Source of the DNA: the human T2T-CHM13v2.0 reference genome, Homo sapiens
Strand: one strand, 5' to 3'
DNA length: 64,000 nucleotides
NCBI RefSeq assembly: GCF_009914755.1
Contig: NC_060931.1
Position 1 is the stretch's first letter, and each line of letters begins with the position of its first letter. Of the stretch, positions 17,931 to 30,828 are shown in pieces. The notes below the pieces were generated by a model. It was given only the letters and a program-made list of their open reading frames with translations, did no database searches and was not told where the DNA came from. The translations under genes were made by a program, and so were the position numbers.

Positions 17931-19609
17931 TCCTATTAAAACTGTTTTAAAATGCAAAAGGCAAAATTGCATTATATTCCAATCTTCCAAGATAAGAACA
18001 AAGAAGTTTTTATTTCTGCATGCATTTATTTATGAAGAAACATAATATCCCCCCCAAAACCTAATTTTAGATACAACAAAGAATGTGGAACAATGAATCT
18101 CCTTTTCTTTCTCATAGAAATGAAAACGATGTATTTGAATACAGATTTAGGAGTCAAATATAATCAAATGAGTCTGTAAGCTGAACTGGTCAGCAGTATT
18201 TGATATAATTCCAAGTAACTTAAATGATGCCTCTGAACCTCTGTATAAAGAAATTAAACTAAAAGGCAATTTGTTTTTCACAGATGAAAACACAAATCAG
18301 ATTTTTAAATGAGACTATTTCTATTTTCTCTACTATTTTGTGTGGCTTCTTCATTTCTCTTTGTTTTTCATAGAGGGTGTTCAGAAGAGAAGTTTAGTAA
18401 GTTGAGGTAGAGTATTCAGGAAAAGAAAACTAACCCTGTTAATTTATTTATTTTGAATCATATTTGGAGTCATAGCATGTAGCTTTACCTTTATTTTAAC
18501 TTGGTTATGGGGGAAAATGAAGATAAATGATAGTCTTCCCTCCTCTGTTTGCATATTTTGTTCTTTATTTCTCTAAACTAGAGATGTGCTGAGTGTAACA
18601 CAATATGTCACTCTTAAATGGGTTACTACTTCTATCTGTCACATTTGATCATAAGACACACCGGTTTGGGGCATGAAACATGCAAATAAAAATCAGGGAA
18701 ATAAAAACAATTTCCATTTTCACTTAAAAATTCACAAACTGTGGTGCTCTGAGCAGCATATGGTAGTTAAGAAAATATGTCTTTCATTTGTCTTGCTTTC
18801 ACAGAAAACGCAATTTGGAGAAAGAGTGAATGCTGAAGATGTTTTCGTTTAGCTGCCCAAGCATTTGGGAGTGCTATGAAGATATCACTTAATTGAAAGA
18901 GAGGCTATGAAGTCTTGTTCCCCTCTTGTCTTGAGCCTAATGTGACCAAAGAGGTTAGATGTGATATTTTAACTCATCAGTTGACGGAAACGTTTTGTAT
19001 AACGTACCCAAATAATCAAAATTTCCAAAACAAAACATGGCGCTACAGTTGCCCTTTGGTTCTTCATTAAACTGAGTGCCTTGTAAAAGCTGTAACCAGT
19101 GTTTGACACAAGAGAAGCCTCAGCAACACTAGAAAAAATGATTAATTATCAACATCTGAATTTCACCATTAGTCAAATCTCAGCCTGCCTTCTCTGCCTG
19201 TAGAATCTTGTCTGCCATGATGACTCCTGTTAGAAATCATCTTACTTTTAGTTTTTAGTTTTCTCTCTCTGATTTGTAGACTTCACCTCTTTTGCTAGCA
19301 AAAAGTTCCACAAAGCACAATTTTTCACTTTTTACGATTAGCAAGCCCCATGAAATACAACATAATTTATTGTGTATGAGACAATTCTGTGCCTATTGAT
19401 TCTACCTGTTTTGAGAAAAAAAGAAAAAAACTTTAATTACCAAAAAAAAGCCATTAATGCAATCTTCTTAATATCATAAGGTTACTTTGTTCAGTTTCAG
19501 ATGATTCACGTGTCACATCTGGTAAACTAAACCCAGGGATTTTTTAAAAAGTAGTTGTGAACCGTCAAAGGAAAAAGTAGAAGAAAGGGTGTGAAGAGGT
19601 AAGAAAAAG

Positions 19610-19800
19610 AGAAGAGGTAACTTGGAATTAGAAGTTGCTGCTCTGCCAATTAGTACCTTAGACTAATCTCTTTAACTCTCTGAGATTCCATTTACACTGA
19701 TATGAGACTAATAATACTTGTATCACCAGGTTGTTCAAGGAGAATATGAAATGATATATATGAATACCTTCTTTAGCTACAAAACACTTAACATGTTATC
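19610..19800 (+). mobile_element. MIR
   Basis: GCTCTGCCAATTAG..TTAACTCTCTGAG..TAATAATAC..GGTTGTT..AAATGATATATATGAA. Confidence 0.55.
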
Positions 19801-20529
19801 TACCATTTCTCAGTAAAACTGCAGAATTTTAAGGTAGAGTATATCTAGTTGGAGGATAGTTTATAAAATAATAATAATATCTTAACGATTTATTATGCAT
19901 TAACATCAACTGAGATAACACCCAAGACTTTTTTTTTGGTATTTCATAACTCTTCTATTTTTAGAAAGCCAATCGATGACTATTTTCTGTATTCATATTT
20001 CCAGTTGAAATATACTTTCTTGATCTGATAATTTTTACCCAATAACATTTAGTGATTTTGTAGCAAGTCACAATAAAGAACAATAAACACTACTTTTCAA
20101 CCTGGGCAATTCTGCCTTGAGGTCATATTTAAAATTATCAGTAGAAAGAAAAGTTATTTTGTTTGGATCAAAGACTAAGACAGTGACAAAATCTGCATAT
20201 CCTTCATCCTCTCACTCTTGAGAATCTTTACTTTTGTTGTGTATTTGTCTACAGTTGTTAGCTCAACAATGTCACCCAAGGTCTTGAGATCTGGAACAGC
20301 TGCAACTACAGATCAAAAGTCCTCAGAAAGCAAAATTTCTTGGTGATGGCAAAAGAGAAGAAAAGTACTTTTCCAAAAAAAGTATTTAAGAAGCACTTTG
20401 GAATATATCTAAACTGCATTGCAAACAGTCTTGTTTAGACTTGTCTTTGACAGACTATACCTTACTTAGATCATCATTTTAATTTTGACTTCCATCCAGA
20501 AGTTGATGCCTGAATTTTTACAGGAAAAA

Positions 20530-21475
20530 ATCTCATGTTTCTCAACTCTAAGGAATGAACACATCTAGTGCTACTTCTCTGAGACAGAAACAGGGATAAG
20601 GTGGGGGAAAAAAAAGGGTAAACCCAGAATATTTTGGACTATAAAGTTAGAAAATTGTCAAAGAAAGAGGGAGCATGTTAAAAGGATATAGGAGCCAACC
20701 AAATGGACAATTTAAACTTCAAAATAAATAATAATATTAATAGGGGATAACCCATCAACTAAAATAAGAATCATGAGTCTATGCTGTTATACATAAATAA
20801 ATGGAAAATTTGAAAGCTTAATGAGAAATGGGATATGTATATAGTTTCAAAGTACATCCTCATAAAATACTGATTAATTACAAGGAGAAAATGAGCAACT
20901 TTGCAGTGAAGAAGCCTGGCAGACACCACCTTAATGAAGTGATCAAAGTCAACAGTATAAATAATTAAATAAACTAAAATACTTTGCCACTTGACAGAAT
21001 GCAATGAGAAAAACATAGCATCCCATGCACTTAATGAGGAACATGAGCCAACTCCAAGTAGAAGGCCGTACCACAAGATAAATGTACAGGAATCTTTAAA
21101 AACTTCAAGCTCATGAAAGCTAAGGAAAAACTGAGGAACTGCTTCAGATTGAAAGAAACTAAAGAGGAATATTTAAATGCAATGCATGATTCTGAACTCC
21201 ATCATTCTGCTCTAAAGGTCACTATTGGTGTGATTGATGAAACCTGAATGATGTCTGAGGTTTAGATGGCAGTAATGTCCCAATGTTTATTTCTTGGTAT
21301 TGATGGTTATTGTAATTATGTAGAAGAATATATTGTTTGTAGAAAATACACACTAAAATATTCAAGGGTTATAGAACATCAAGTGAGCAAGCAACATATC
21401 CTCAAATACCATCATGGAAAATAAGGTTTGACAATGCACTTGCAACTTTTCTGTAGATTTGAGATTGTAATATAT
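20530..21475 (+). mobile_element. L1MC4-like 3' region
   Basis: AAATACTGATTAATTACAAGGAGAAAATGAGCAACTTTGCAGTGAAGAAGCCTGGCAGACACCACCTTAA..GATCAAAGTCAAC; ends TGCAACTTTTCTGTAGATTTGAGATTG. Confidence 0.8.
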
Positions 21476-21729
21476 TCATAAGTATCAGAAACAAATTATT
21501 ACAGTGCATAGGCATTGATCCACAGGAAAAAAACCTTGATTATTTTAATAGTATTTCTTAATTTCATTTAATTAAAGAAAAAATCAATGAAAATAGAATT
21601 ATATTTAGTGAAACGTAAAATCCCATTCACACCTTTCCTACTTCTCAATCCACTTTCCAAGTGTAAACACTAGTATTGGCCTTTTCCTGTGAATTTATAT
21701 GTATGAGAATAGCAATGTAACGAAGGGTT

Positions 21730-21950
21730 AATACTATACTACTAGGCAGCTAGTCTGCCTGAGTTCAAATCCCTCTGAGTTCAGATCTAGTCTTAGCAGT
21801 TCTGCAAATCTGAGAAAGTTACTTAACTTCTCCTCACAGCAATGCCTTCATTTTGGCAACTGGGTTGGTAATCACATCTAATGAATAAGGTAGTTATAAA
21901 GATTAAATGGTATAATACATATAGAGGTCCTAGAATTATGTTTGCCCATA
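21730..21950 (+). mobile_element. MIR
   Basis: CTGCCTGAGTTCAAATCCC..AAGTTACTTAACTTCTC..GATTAAATGGTATAATACATATAGAG. Confidence 0.65.
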
Positions 21951-22457
21951 ATAATCATGCTCTTATAGACAGGTGTGTCTAGTTTTCCACTAAAAATGAG
22001 ATCAAAATATAAATATAGTTGTGCAATTTTACTTTTCTATATGTATAATATACATATAGTTGGGGAATTTTACAATCAGTATTCCACATTGCTTTTTTGT
22101 CTTGTTTTAGTAAAAATTATTATTGTAATTTTTCTTAATAAAACTATATCATGAACATGTCTTTTCATCTATGATTATAGAGGAGAGCTGATTAGACCAT
22201 CATGCTTAGTTCAAAAATTCCACAACTCTGCTGGTTATCCATTTTTTTCCGAGGACCCAAAGTGCTTTTCTCTATATGGTAGCTCCATTCAGAATTACCT
22301 TTGAAGCAATCCCAACAGCACCAGGATGTCTGACTGACAACCTGAGATCCCAAGTTGCCCTCTAAATGCCAGGAGATGGACAGCAGCTGATGTGCTCAGC
22401 ATTCAGGAGAACAAGGAAAGCCAGCACAGGTGGAAAGGACCAGAAAGATGAGATCAG

Positions 22458-22579
22458 ACCAGTCCCAATGAGATGAGCTGGGTACCTCAGTTGGAAATGC
22501 AGAAATCACCCACCTTCTGCATTGATCTCACTGGGAACTGCAGACCGGAGCTGTTCCTATTCTGCCATCCTGCCAGCCA
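22458..22579 (-). mobile_element. L1PA7-like extreme 5' end (~120 bp), inverted
   Basis: Reverse complement reads TGGCTGGCAGGATGGCAGAATAGGAACAGCTCCGGTCTGCAG...TTTCTGCATTTCCAACTGAGGTACCCAGCTCATCTCATTGGGACTGGT, which is the start of the L1PA 5' UTR. Confidence 0.9.
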
Positions 22580-22864
22580 GAATGGGTGCAGCCCACAGAG
22601 GATAAGCCAAAGCAGAGTGGGTTGTCACCTCACCCAGGAAGCACAAGGGGTTGAGGAACTCCCTCCCCTAGCCAAGGGAAGGCATGAGGGACTGTGCCCT
22701 GAAGAAGGGTACACTCTGGCCCAGATTTTACGCCTTTCCCACTATCTTCGCAACTTGCAGACTAGGAGATTTCCTCGGGTGCCTACGCCATCAGAGCCCT
22801 AGGTTTCAAGCACAAAACTGGGCAGCCATTTGGCAGACACCAGGCTAGCTGCAGGAGTTTGTTT

Positions 22865-23083
22865 TCATACCCTAGTGGCACCTGGAATGCCAGCAAGACA
22901 GAACCATTCACTCTCCTGGAAAGGGGGCTGAAGCCAGGGAGCCAAGTGGTCTAGCTCAGCTGATCCCATGCCCACAGAGCCCAGCAAGCTAAGATCCACT
23001 GGCTTGAAATTCTTGCTGCCAGCACAACAGTCTGAAGTGGACCTGGGATGCTCGAGCTTGGTCAGGGGAGGGGCGTCCACCAT
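22865..23083 (-). CDS. L1 ORF0-like antisense ORF, 72 aa (expression unproven)
   Basis: GTAATGG Kozak context; MVDAPPLTKLEHPRSTSDCCAGS..GSVGMGSAE resembles ORF0 MAGAPPPASLPPCSLISDCCAS..DSVGVGPSE and lies at the same place in the 5' UTR. Confidence 0.55.
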   Translation of the reverse strand: MVDAPPLTKLEHPRSTSDCCAGSKNFKPVDLSLLGSVGMGSAELDHLAPWLQPPFQESEWFCLAGIPGATRV

Positions 23084-23791
23084 TACTGAGGCTTGGGTAG
23101 GTGGTTTCCCATCACAGTGTAAACAAAGCCACCTGGAAGTTTGAACTGGGTGGAGACCACCGCAGCTTTGCCAAGCCACTGTAGCCAGACTGCTTCTCTG
23201 GATTCCTCCTCTCTGGGCAGGGAATCTCTGAAAAAAAGGCAGCAGACCCAGTAAGGGGCTTATAGATAAAACTCCCATCTCCTTGGGACAGAGCACTTAG
23301 AGGAAGGGGCAGCTGTGGGCACAGCTTCAGCAGACTTAAATATTCTTGCCTGCTGGCTCTGAAGAGAGCAGCGGATCTCCCAGCACAGCACTGGAGCTCT
23401 GCTAAGGGACAGACTGCCTCCTCAAATGGGTTTCTGACCCCTATGCCTCCTGACTGGACGATACGTCCTAATAGGGGTCAACAGGCACCTCATATAGGAG
23501 AGCTCTGGCTGGCATCAGGTGGATGCCCCTCTGGGATGAAGCTTTCAGAGGAAGGAACAGGCAGTAATTTTTGCTGTTCTGCAGCTTCTGCTGGTGATAC
23601 CCAGGAAAAGACGGTCTGGAGTGGACCTCCAAGCAAACTCCAGCAGACCTGCAGCAGAGGGGCTTAACTGTTAGAAGAAAAACTAACAAACAGAAAGGAA
23701 TAGCATCAACATCAACAAAAAGGATGTCCATGCAAAAACCCCATCCAAACGTCCCTAACATCAAAGACCAAAGGTAGATAAATCCACAAAG

Positions 23792-24818
23792 ATGAGGAAA
23801 AAACAGTGCAAATGCTGGAAAATTCCAAAAACCAGAATGCCTCTTCTCTTCCAAAGGATCACAACTCCCTGCCAGCAAGGGAACAAAACTAAATGCAGAA
23901 TGAGTTTGACGAATTGACAGAAGTATGCTTCAAAAGGTGGGTAATAACAAACTCCTCTAAGCTAAAGGAGCATGTTCTAACCCAATGCAATGAAGCTAAG
24001 AACCTTGAAAAAACGTTAGAGGAATTGCTAACTAGAATAACCAGTTTATAGAAGAACATAAATGACCTCATGGAGCTGAAAAACACAGCATGAGAACTTT
24101 GTGAAGCATATACAAGTATCAATAGCCAAATCAATCAAGCGAAAGAAAGGATACCAGAGATTGAAGATCAACTTAATGAAATAAAGCATGAAGACAAGAT
24201 TAGAGAAAAAAGAATGAAAAGGAATGAACAAAGCCTCCAAGAAATATGGGACTATGTGAAAAGGCCAAACCTACATTTGATTGGTGTACCTGAAAGTGAC
24301 AGGGAGAATGGAACCAAGTTGGAAAACATTCTTCAGAATATTATCCAGGAGAATTTCCCCAACCTAGCAAGACAGGCCAACATTCAAATTCAAGAAATAC
24401 AGAGAATACCACAAAGATATTCCTCAAGTAGAGCAACCCCAAGACACATATATAATCATCAGATTCACCAAGATTGAAATGGAGGAAAAAATGTTAAGGG
24501 CAGCCAAAGAGAAAGGTTGGGTTACCCACAAAGGGGAGCCCATCAGTGTAACAGCGGATCTCTCTGCAGAAATCCTACAAGCCAGAAGACAGTGGGGACC
24601 AATATTCAACATTCGTAAAGAAATAATTTTCAACCCAGAATTTCATATCCAGCCAAACTAAGCTCATAAGCGAAGGAGAAATAAAATCCTTTACAGACAA
24701 GCAAATGCTAAGAGATTTTGTTACCACTAGGCCTGCCTTTCAAGAGCTCCTGAAGGAAGCACTAAATATGGAAAGGAAAAACCAGTACCAGCCACTGCAA
24801 AAACATACCAAATTGTAA
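23792..24818 (+). pseudogene. L1 ORF1, disrupted
   Basis: ATGAGGAAAAAACAG start; fragments MKRNEQSLQEIWDYVKRPNL and MEEKMLRAAKEKG in different frames; stop at 24816-24818. Confidence 0.9.
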
Positions 24819-24881
24819 AGACCATCAACATTATGAAGAAACTGCATCAACTAAAGGGCAAAATAACCAGCTAGCATCATA

Positions 24882-27800
24882 ATAAAAGGATCAAATTTAC
24901 ACATAACAATATTAACCTTAAGTGTAAATGGGCTAAATGCCACAATTAAAAGACAAAGATTGGCAAATTGGATAAAGTCAAGACTCACTGGTGTGCTGTA
25001 TTCAGGAGACTCATCTCACATGCAAAGACACACATGGTTTAAAACAAAGGGATGGAAGAAGATTTACCAAGCAAATGGAAAGCAAAAAAAGCAGGGGTTG
25101 CAATCTTAGTCTCAGATAAAACAGACTTTAAACCAGCAAAGATCGAGAAAGACCAAGAAGGGCATTACATAATGATAAAGGGATCAATGCAACAAGAAGA
25201 GCTAACTATCCTAAATATATATGCACCCAAAACAGGAGCACCCAGATTCATAAAGAAAGTTCTTAGAGACCTACAAAGAGACTTAGACTCCCACACAATA
25301 ATAGTCAGAGACTTTAACACCCCACTGTCAATAATAGAGGGATCAACAAGACAGAAAATTAACAAGGACATTCAGGACTTCAACTCAGCTCTAGTCCAAG
25401 CAGACCTAATAGACATCTACAGAACTCCCCACCCCAAATCAACAGAATATACATTCTTCTCAGCACCACATAGCACTTATTCTAAAATTGACCACATATT
25501 TGGAAGTAAAACATTTCTCAGCAAATGCAAAAGAACAGAAATCATAACAGTCTCTCAGACTACAGAGCCATCAAATTAGAACTCAGGATTAAGAAAATCA
25601 CTCAAAACTGCACAACTACATGGAAACTGAACAACCTGCTCCTGAATGACTACTGGGTAAATAACGAAATTAAGGCAGAAATAAATAAGTTCTTTGAAAC
25701 CAATGGGAACAAAGACACAATGTACCAGAATCTCTGGGACACAGCTAAAACAGTATTTAGAGGGAAATGTATAGTACTAAATGCCCACAGGAGAAAGTGG
25801 GCAAGATCTAAAATTGACTCCCTAACATCACAATTAAAAGAACTAGAGAAGCAAAAGCAAACAAATTCAAAAGCTAGCAGAAGACAAGAAATAACTAAGA
25901 TCAGAGCAGAACTAAAGGAGATAGAGACACGACAAACCCTTCAAAAAAATCAATGAATCAAGGAGCTGCTTTTTGAAGATTAAAAAAATAGACTGCTAGC
26001 CAGACTAATAAAGAAGAAAAGAGAGAAGAATCAAATAGACAGCATAAAAAATATAAAAGGGGATATCATCAGTGATCCTACAGAAGTGCAAACTACCATC
26101 ACAGAATACTATAAACACCTCTATGCAAATAAACTAGAAAATCTAGAAGAAATGGATAAATTCCTGGACACATACACCCTCCTAAGACTAAAGTCGAATC
26201 CCTGAATAGACCAATAACAAGTTCTGAAATTGAGGTAGTAATTAATAGCCTACCATCCAAAAGAAGCCCAAGCCCAGATGGATTCACAGACGAATTCTAA
26301 TCCTCTGTACAAAGAGAAACTGGTACCTTTCCTTCTGAAACCATTCCAAATAATAGAAACAGAGGGACTCCTCCCTAACTCATTTTATGAGGCTAGCATC
26401 ATTCTGATACCAAAACCTGGCCAGAGACACAACACAAAAAGAAAATTCAGGCCAATATCCCTGATGCAATTTAATGTGAAAATCCTGAAGAAAATACTGG
26501 CAAACTGAATCCAGCAGCACATCAAAAAGCTTATCCAATCAAGTCGGCTTCATCTCTGGGATGCAAGGCGGGTTCAACATATGCAAATAAATCAACATAA
26601 TCTATCACATAAATAGAAACAATGACAAAAAAAATGATTATCTCAATAGATGCAGAAAAGGCCTTCTATAAAATTCAACACTCCTTCATGCTAAAAATTT
26701 TCAATACACTAGGCATTGATGGAACATATCGCAAAATATAAGAGGTATTTATGACAAATCCACAGCCAATATCATACTGAATGAGCAAACACTAGAAGCA
26801 TTCCCTTTGAAAACCAGCACAAGACAAGGATGCCCTCTCTCACCACTCTATTCAACATAGTATTGGAAGTTCTGGCCAGGGATATCAGGAAAGAGGAAGA
26901 AATAAAGGGTATTCAAATAGGAAGAGAGGAAGTCAAATTGTGTCTGTTTGCAGATGACATGATTGTATGTTTAGAAAACCCCATCGTCTCAGCCCAAAAT
27001 CTCTTTAAGCTGATAAACAACTTCAGCAAAGTCTCAGGATACAAAATCAATGGGCAAAAATCACAAGCATTCCTATACACCATTAATAGAAAGCCAAATC
27101 ATGAGTGAACTTCCATTCACAATTGCTACAAAAAGAATAAAATACCTAGGAATCCAACTTACAAGGGATGTGAAGGGCCTCTTCCAGGAGAACTACAAAC
27201 CACTGCTCAAGGAAATAAGAGAGAACATAAACAAATGGAAAAAATATTCCATGCTCATGGATTGAACGAATCAATATAGTGAAAATGGCCATAGTGACCA
27301 AAGTAATTTATAGATTCAATGCTATCCCCATCAAGCTACCATTGACTTTATTCACAGAATTAGGAAAAACTACTTCAAATTTCATATGGAACCAAAAAAA
27401 GCCCATATAGCCAAGACAATCCTAAGCAAAAAGAACAGAGCTGGAGGCATCAAGCTACCTGATTTCCAACTATACTACGAGGCTACAGTAATCAAAACAG
27501 CATGGTACTGGTACCAAACCAGATACATAGACCAATGGAACAGAACAAAGGCCTCAGAAATAACATCACACATCTACAACCATCTGATCTTTGACAACCC
27601 TTACAAAAACAAGCAATGGGGAAAGGACTTCCTATTTAATAAATGCTGTTGGGAAAACTGGCTAGCCATGTGCAGAAAACTGAAACTGGACCCCTTCTTT
27701 ACACCTTACACAAAAATTAACTCAAGATGGAATAAAGACTTAAAGCTAAGACCTAAAACCATAAAAACCATAGAAGAAAACCTATGCAATACCATTCAGG

Positions 27801-29548
27801 ACATAGGCATGGGCAAGGACTTCATGACTAAAACACCAAAAGCAATGGCAACAAAAGCCAAAATTGACAAATGGGTTCTAATTAAACTGAAGATCTTCTG
27901 CACAGCAAAAGAAACTATTGCGGGATCTGGCCAGCAGCCTGCAATGCACTGGGGCTCTCTCTTTGTTCCCAGGTGGATCGGCAGGTCGAGAAATAATAGA
28001 CACACACAAGATAGTGAAAGCTGGGTCCAGGGGGGTAACCGCCTTCTGGTCACATGGTGCCGCCAATGCACTGGATATACCAGCATTTATTACTAAGTTT
28101 AGTGAGGGCGGGGGCAGGTTGGTAAGGGATTTAGGGTCATTTGATTATGAGGTGAGATGGTCACATGGGGATGAAGTAATTCTTTAACATAACATCTGTA
28201 TGCAGAAGTACAGTATACAGAGATAAGAATTTACAATATAGTGTGTGTATCAGTAATTTCTAACAGAGCCTTAAAACAGAAACACAGTCTTTCCTTTACC
28301 TATGATTAGCAAGATTTTAATCAGCAGTAACAGTTGCAGCAAAAGCTGGTTACAAACAATCCATAGAAACAGGACTTGAAGCTAGACAACCGGTTAGACC
28401 AGCAATTCTCAGAAGGGAGTATGCCTTAACCCTAAAGAGGCCTAGAAGAGCCGTGGCAAGATGAGGGCGTTTATAGCCTTATCTCATCCATATGGACAGG
28501 TGCTCCCCATGCATTCGTTTATAGGCTTTCCACAAGGGTCACATTCCATTCCCAGAGCTATGAACATCTGCTTTTCTGGGATAGGAATCTTGGTGATGTG
28601 AAACCTCCCTGACTGCACGTCCATTCACAGGCTCTCTACAGGGGGAAGCACATCACGCACTGTTGGCTCATTCTGGCAGTCCAACCTGGCATTGTCTTTA
28701 CACAATCCTGCATGCAATTTTGTATTTACAATAATCAGGAGCATTTCATCTTTTATTCCATAGCAATAGTTTCAGGGGGTCTCCCTACAGAAACTAACAT
28801 CAGAGTGAACAGGCAACCTACAGAATGGAAGAAAATTTTTGCAATCTATCCATCTGACAAAGGGCTAATATCCAGAAACTACAAAGAACTTAAACAAATT
28901 TACAAAAAACAAACAAACAACCCCATCGAAAAGTGGGCAAAGGATATAAACAGACTCTTCTCAAAAGAAGACATTTATGTGGCCAACAAACATATGAAAA
29001 AAAGCTCATCAGCACTGGTCATTAGAGAAATGCAAATCAAAACCCCAATGAGATACCATCTCACGCCAGTTAGAATGGCGATCATTAAAAACTCAGGAAA
29101 CAGCAGATGCTGGAGAGGATATGGAGAAATAGGAACGCTTTTACACTGTTGGTGGGAGTGTAAATTAGTTCAACCATTGTGGAAGACAGTGTGGTGATTC
29201 CTCATAGATCTAGAATCAGAATTACCATTTGACCCAGCAATCCCATTACTGGGTATATACCCAAAGGATTATAAATCATTCTACTATAAAGACACATACA
29301 CATGTATGTTTATTGCAGCACTATTTACAATAGCAAAGACTTGGAACCAATCCAAATGTCTATCACTGATAGACTGGATAAAGAAAATGTTGCAAATATA
29401 CACCATGGAATACTATGCAGTCATAAAGAAGGAAAGGTTCACGTCCTTTTCAGGGACATGGATGAAGCTGGAAACCATCATTCTCAGCAAACTAACACAG
29501 GAACAGAAAACCAAACACCACATGTTCTCACTCATAAGTGGGAGTTGA
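24882..29548 (+). pseudogene. L1 ORF2, disrupted (start ATG>ATA, frameshifts, LTR insertion)
   Basis: EN fragment 25052..25579, RT fragment with FADD at 26830..27108, C-terminal fragments to 29548. Confidence 0.9.
27916..28789 (-). mobile_element. MER11D-like solo LTR (HERV-K11D/HML-7 group) inside L1 ORF2
   Basis: Minus strand begins TGTAGGGAGACCCCCTGAAACTATTGCTATGGAATAAAAGATGAAATGCTCC; GAAAC on both flanks (27911-27915, 28790-28794); removing it restores GCAAAAGAAACTAACATCAGAGTGAAC. Confidence 0.85.
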
Positions 29549-30713
29549 ACAATGAGAACACATGGACACAGGGAGGGGAATATCACACACCAGGGCCTGT
29601 CGGGGCTTGGGGGACTAGGGGAGAGATAGCATTAGAGAAATACCTAATGTAGATGACGGGTTATTGGGTGCAGCAAACCACCATGGCGCATGTATACCTA
29701 TGTAACAAACCTGCATGTTTTGCACCACATGTATCCCAGAACTTAAAGTATATAGAAAAAAAAAAAAAAAGATGAGGTAAGACTGTCCTTACTTCTGGAG
29801 GTTGATGGTAGCAGTTGAGTTGAGAATCAAGTACCCAAGGTGAATCAGAATTGAAGTTTAAGAGTGCGTGCTTAAGACACCAGAAGTCACTGCTGCCCAT
29901 GGTAGCTTGGCAGAGCTTGTAGGAACATGTGAATCTCAAAGGTCTAGGAAGAAAGCCAGCAGAAATCAGGACCCAGCAATGAAAGGAGCAGAAATAGACT
30001 GAGAGAGTGGGCCACAGAAACAAGTAAACATGAACAACAGGAAAGTTTACCCTGCTGGCACTGTTCCAAATCTATGCTTCATTTTAGGACATTTTCTATG
30101 AAGGCAAGAATCAATTTCCAGCTTGTCTGACTTGAGTGTGGTAAAAGGGCCATGTTTGGTTGAACCTGAGATAAGAGGCGCAAGCAGGTCCTGATAATGG
30201 CAAGCCTAGTGTGTATCATCAAAGATGGCACACAAGCTGATTTTAGGGGCCACAAGCCACCTATAACTGTTATGAAACCCAGTGATTTCCAAATATTCTT
30301 GAATGCCTATAATATGCAGCACGAAAGACAGAAAGAAACTTTGTTGAAATGGGATTCTGTCAGGAATTTATTTTTAACTTTGTTTTAACTACTATGGCAT
30401 CAAAATCTTTTGCGTAGTAAAAAATTGTTCTTTCTATTCAAGAAGCAATTGATTATATTATAGGGAATCTTTAATGTAATGTTTAGTAAAAATGTAAAAA
30501 TTGTGGATATTTTTATTAAGCACACTGAGAAAAGAATTTTGCACTTTAAGATGTATCTATTTGAATGAAGAATAATATTCTAATACCAGTTACAAATTGT
30601 ACTGAAAAATGAAAGAGAGGAAACATTTAGCCTGGGTGACAAAGGAACCAGTCACTTTCTACTCTGGGTTCTGAGGCTTTGGGTTTTGTTGGAGAAAGGG
30701 AATTAGTAGCTTA

Positions 30714-30828
30714 GTAGCTGTCACCTTGCACACCTCCAGAATGCACCATTTGCATAGTGGTGCATGTAGTGATGTCTCCTGGTGTTGTGCAGCAAGCACA
30801 GCCTGCATTGTTAAAAGTAGCAGCCTTG
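30714..30828 (-). mobile_element. MER91A-like (hAT-Tip100 palindromic MITE)
   Basis: TTGCACACCTCCAG..CACCATT..CCTGGTGTTGTGCAG..GCACAGCCTGCA..GCAGCCTTG, a degenerate hairpin. Confidence 0.65.

Larger units (their letters stand above)
22580..29770 (+). mobile_element. L1PA7-like full-length body (5' UTR, ORF1, ORF2, 3' UTR, poly(A)), interrupted by MER11D
   Basis: Colinear L1 structure; 3' UTR AATGTAGATGACGGG..GCAAACCACCATGG; degenerate TSD AAAGATGAGATCAGAC (22444-22459) / AAAGATGAGGTAAGAC (29768-29783). Confidence 0.95.

Noticed and set aside
22473-22802. 109-aa ORF spanning the inversion junction
   Set aside because: Made entirely of L1 5' UTR sequence; no promoter evidence on the + strand
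27386-29197. Chimeric ORFs crossing L1/MER11D junctions (27386..28096, 27796..28086, 28712..29197)
   Set aside because: Chance read-through between an ORF2 fragment and LTR sequence; no evidence of selection
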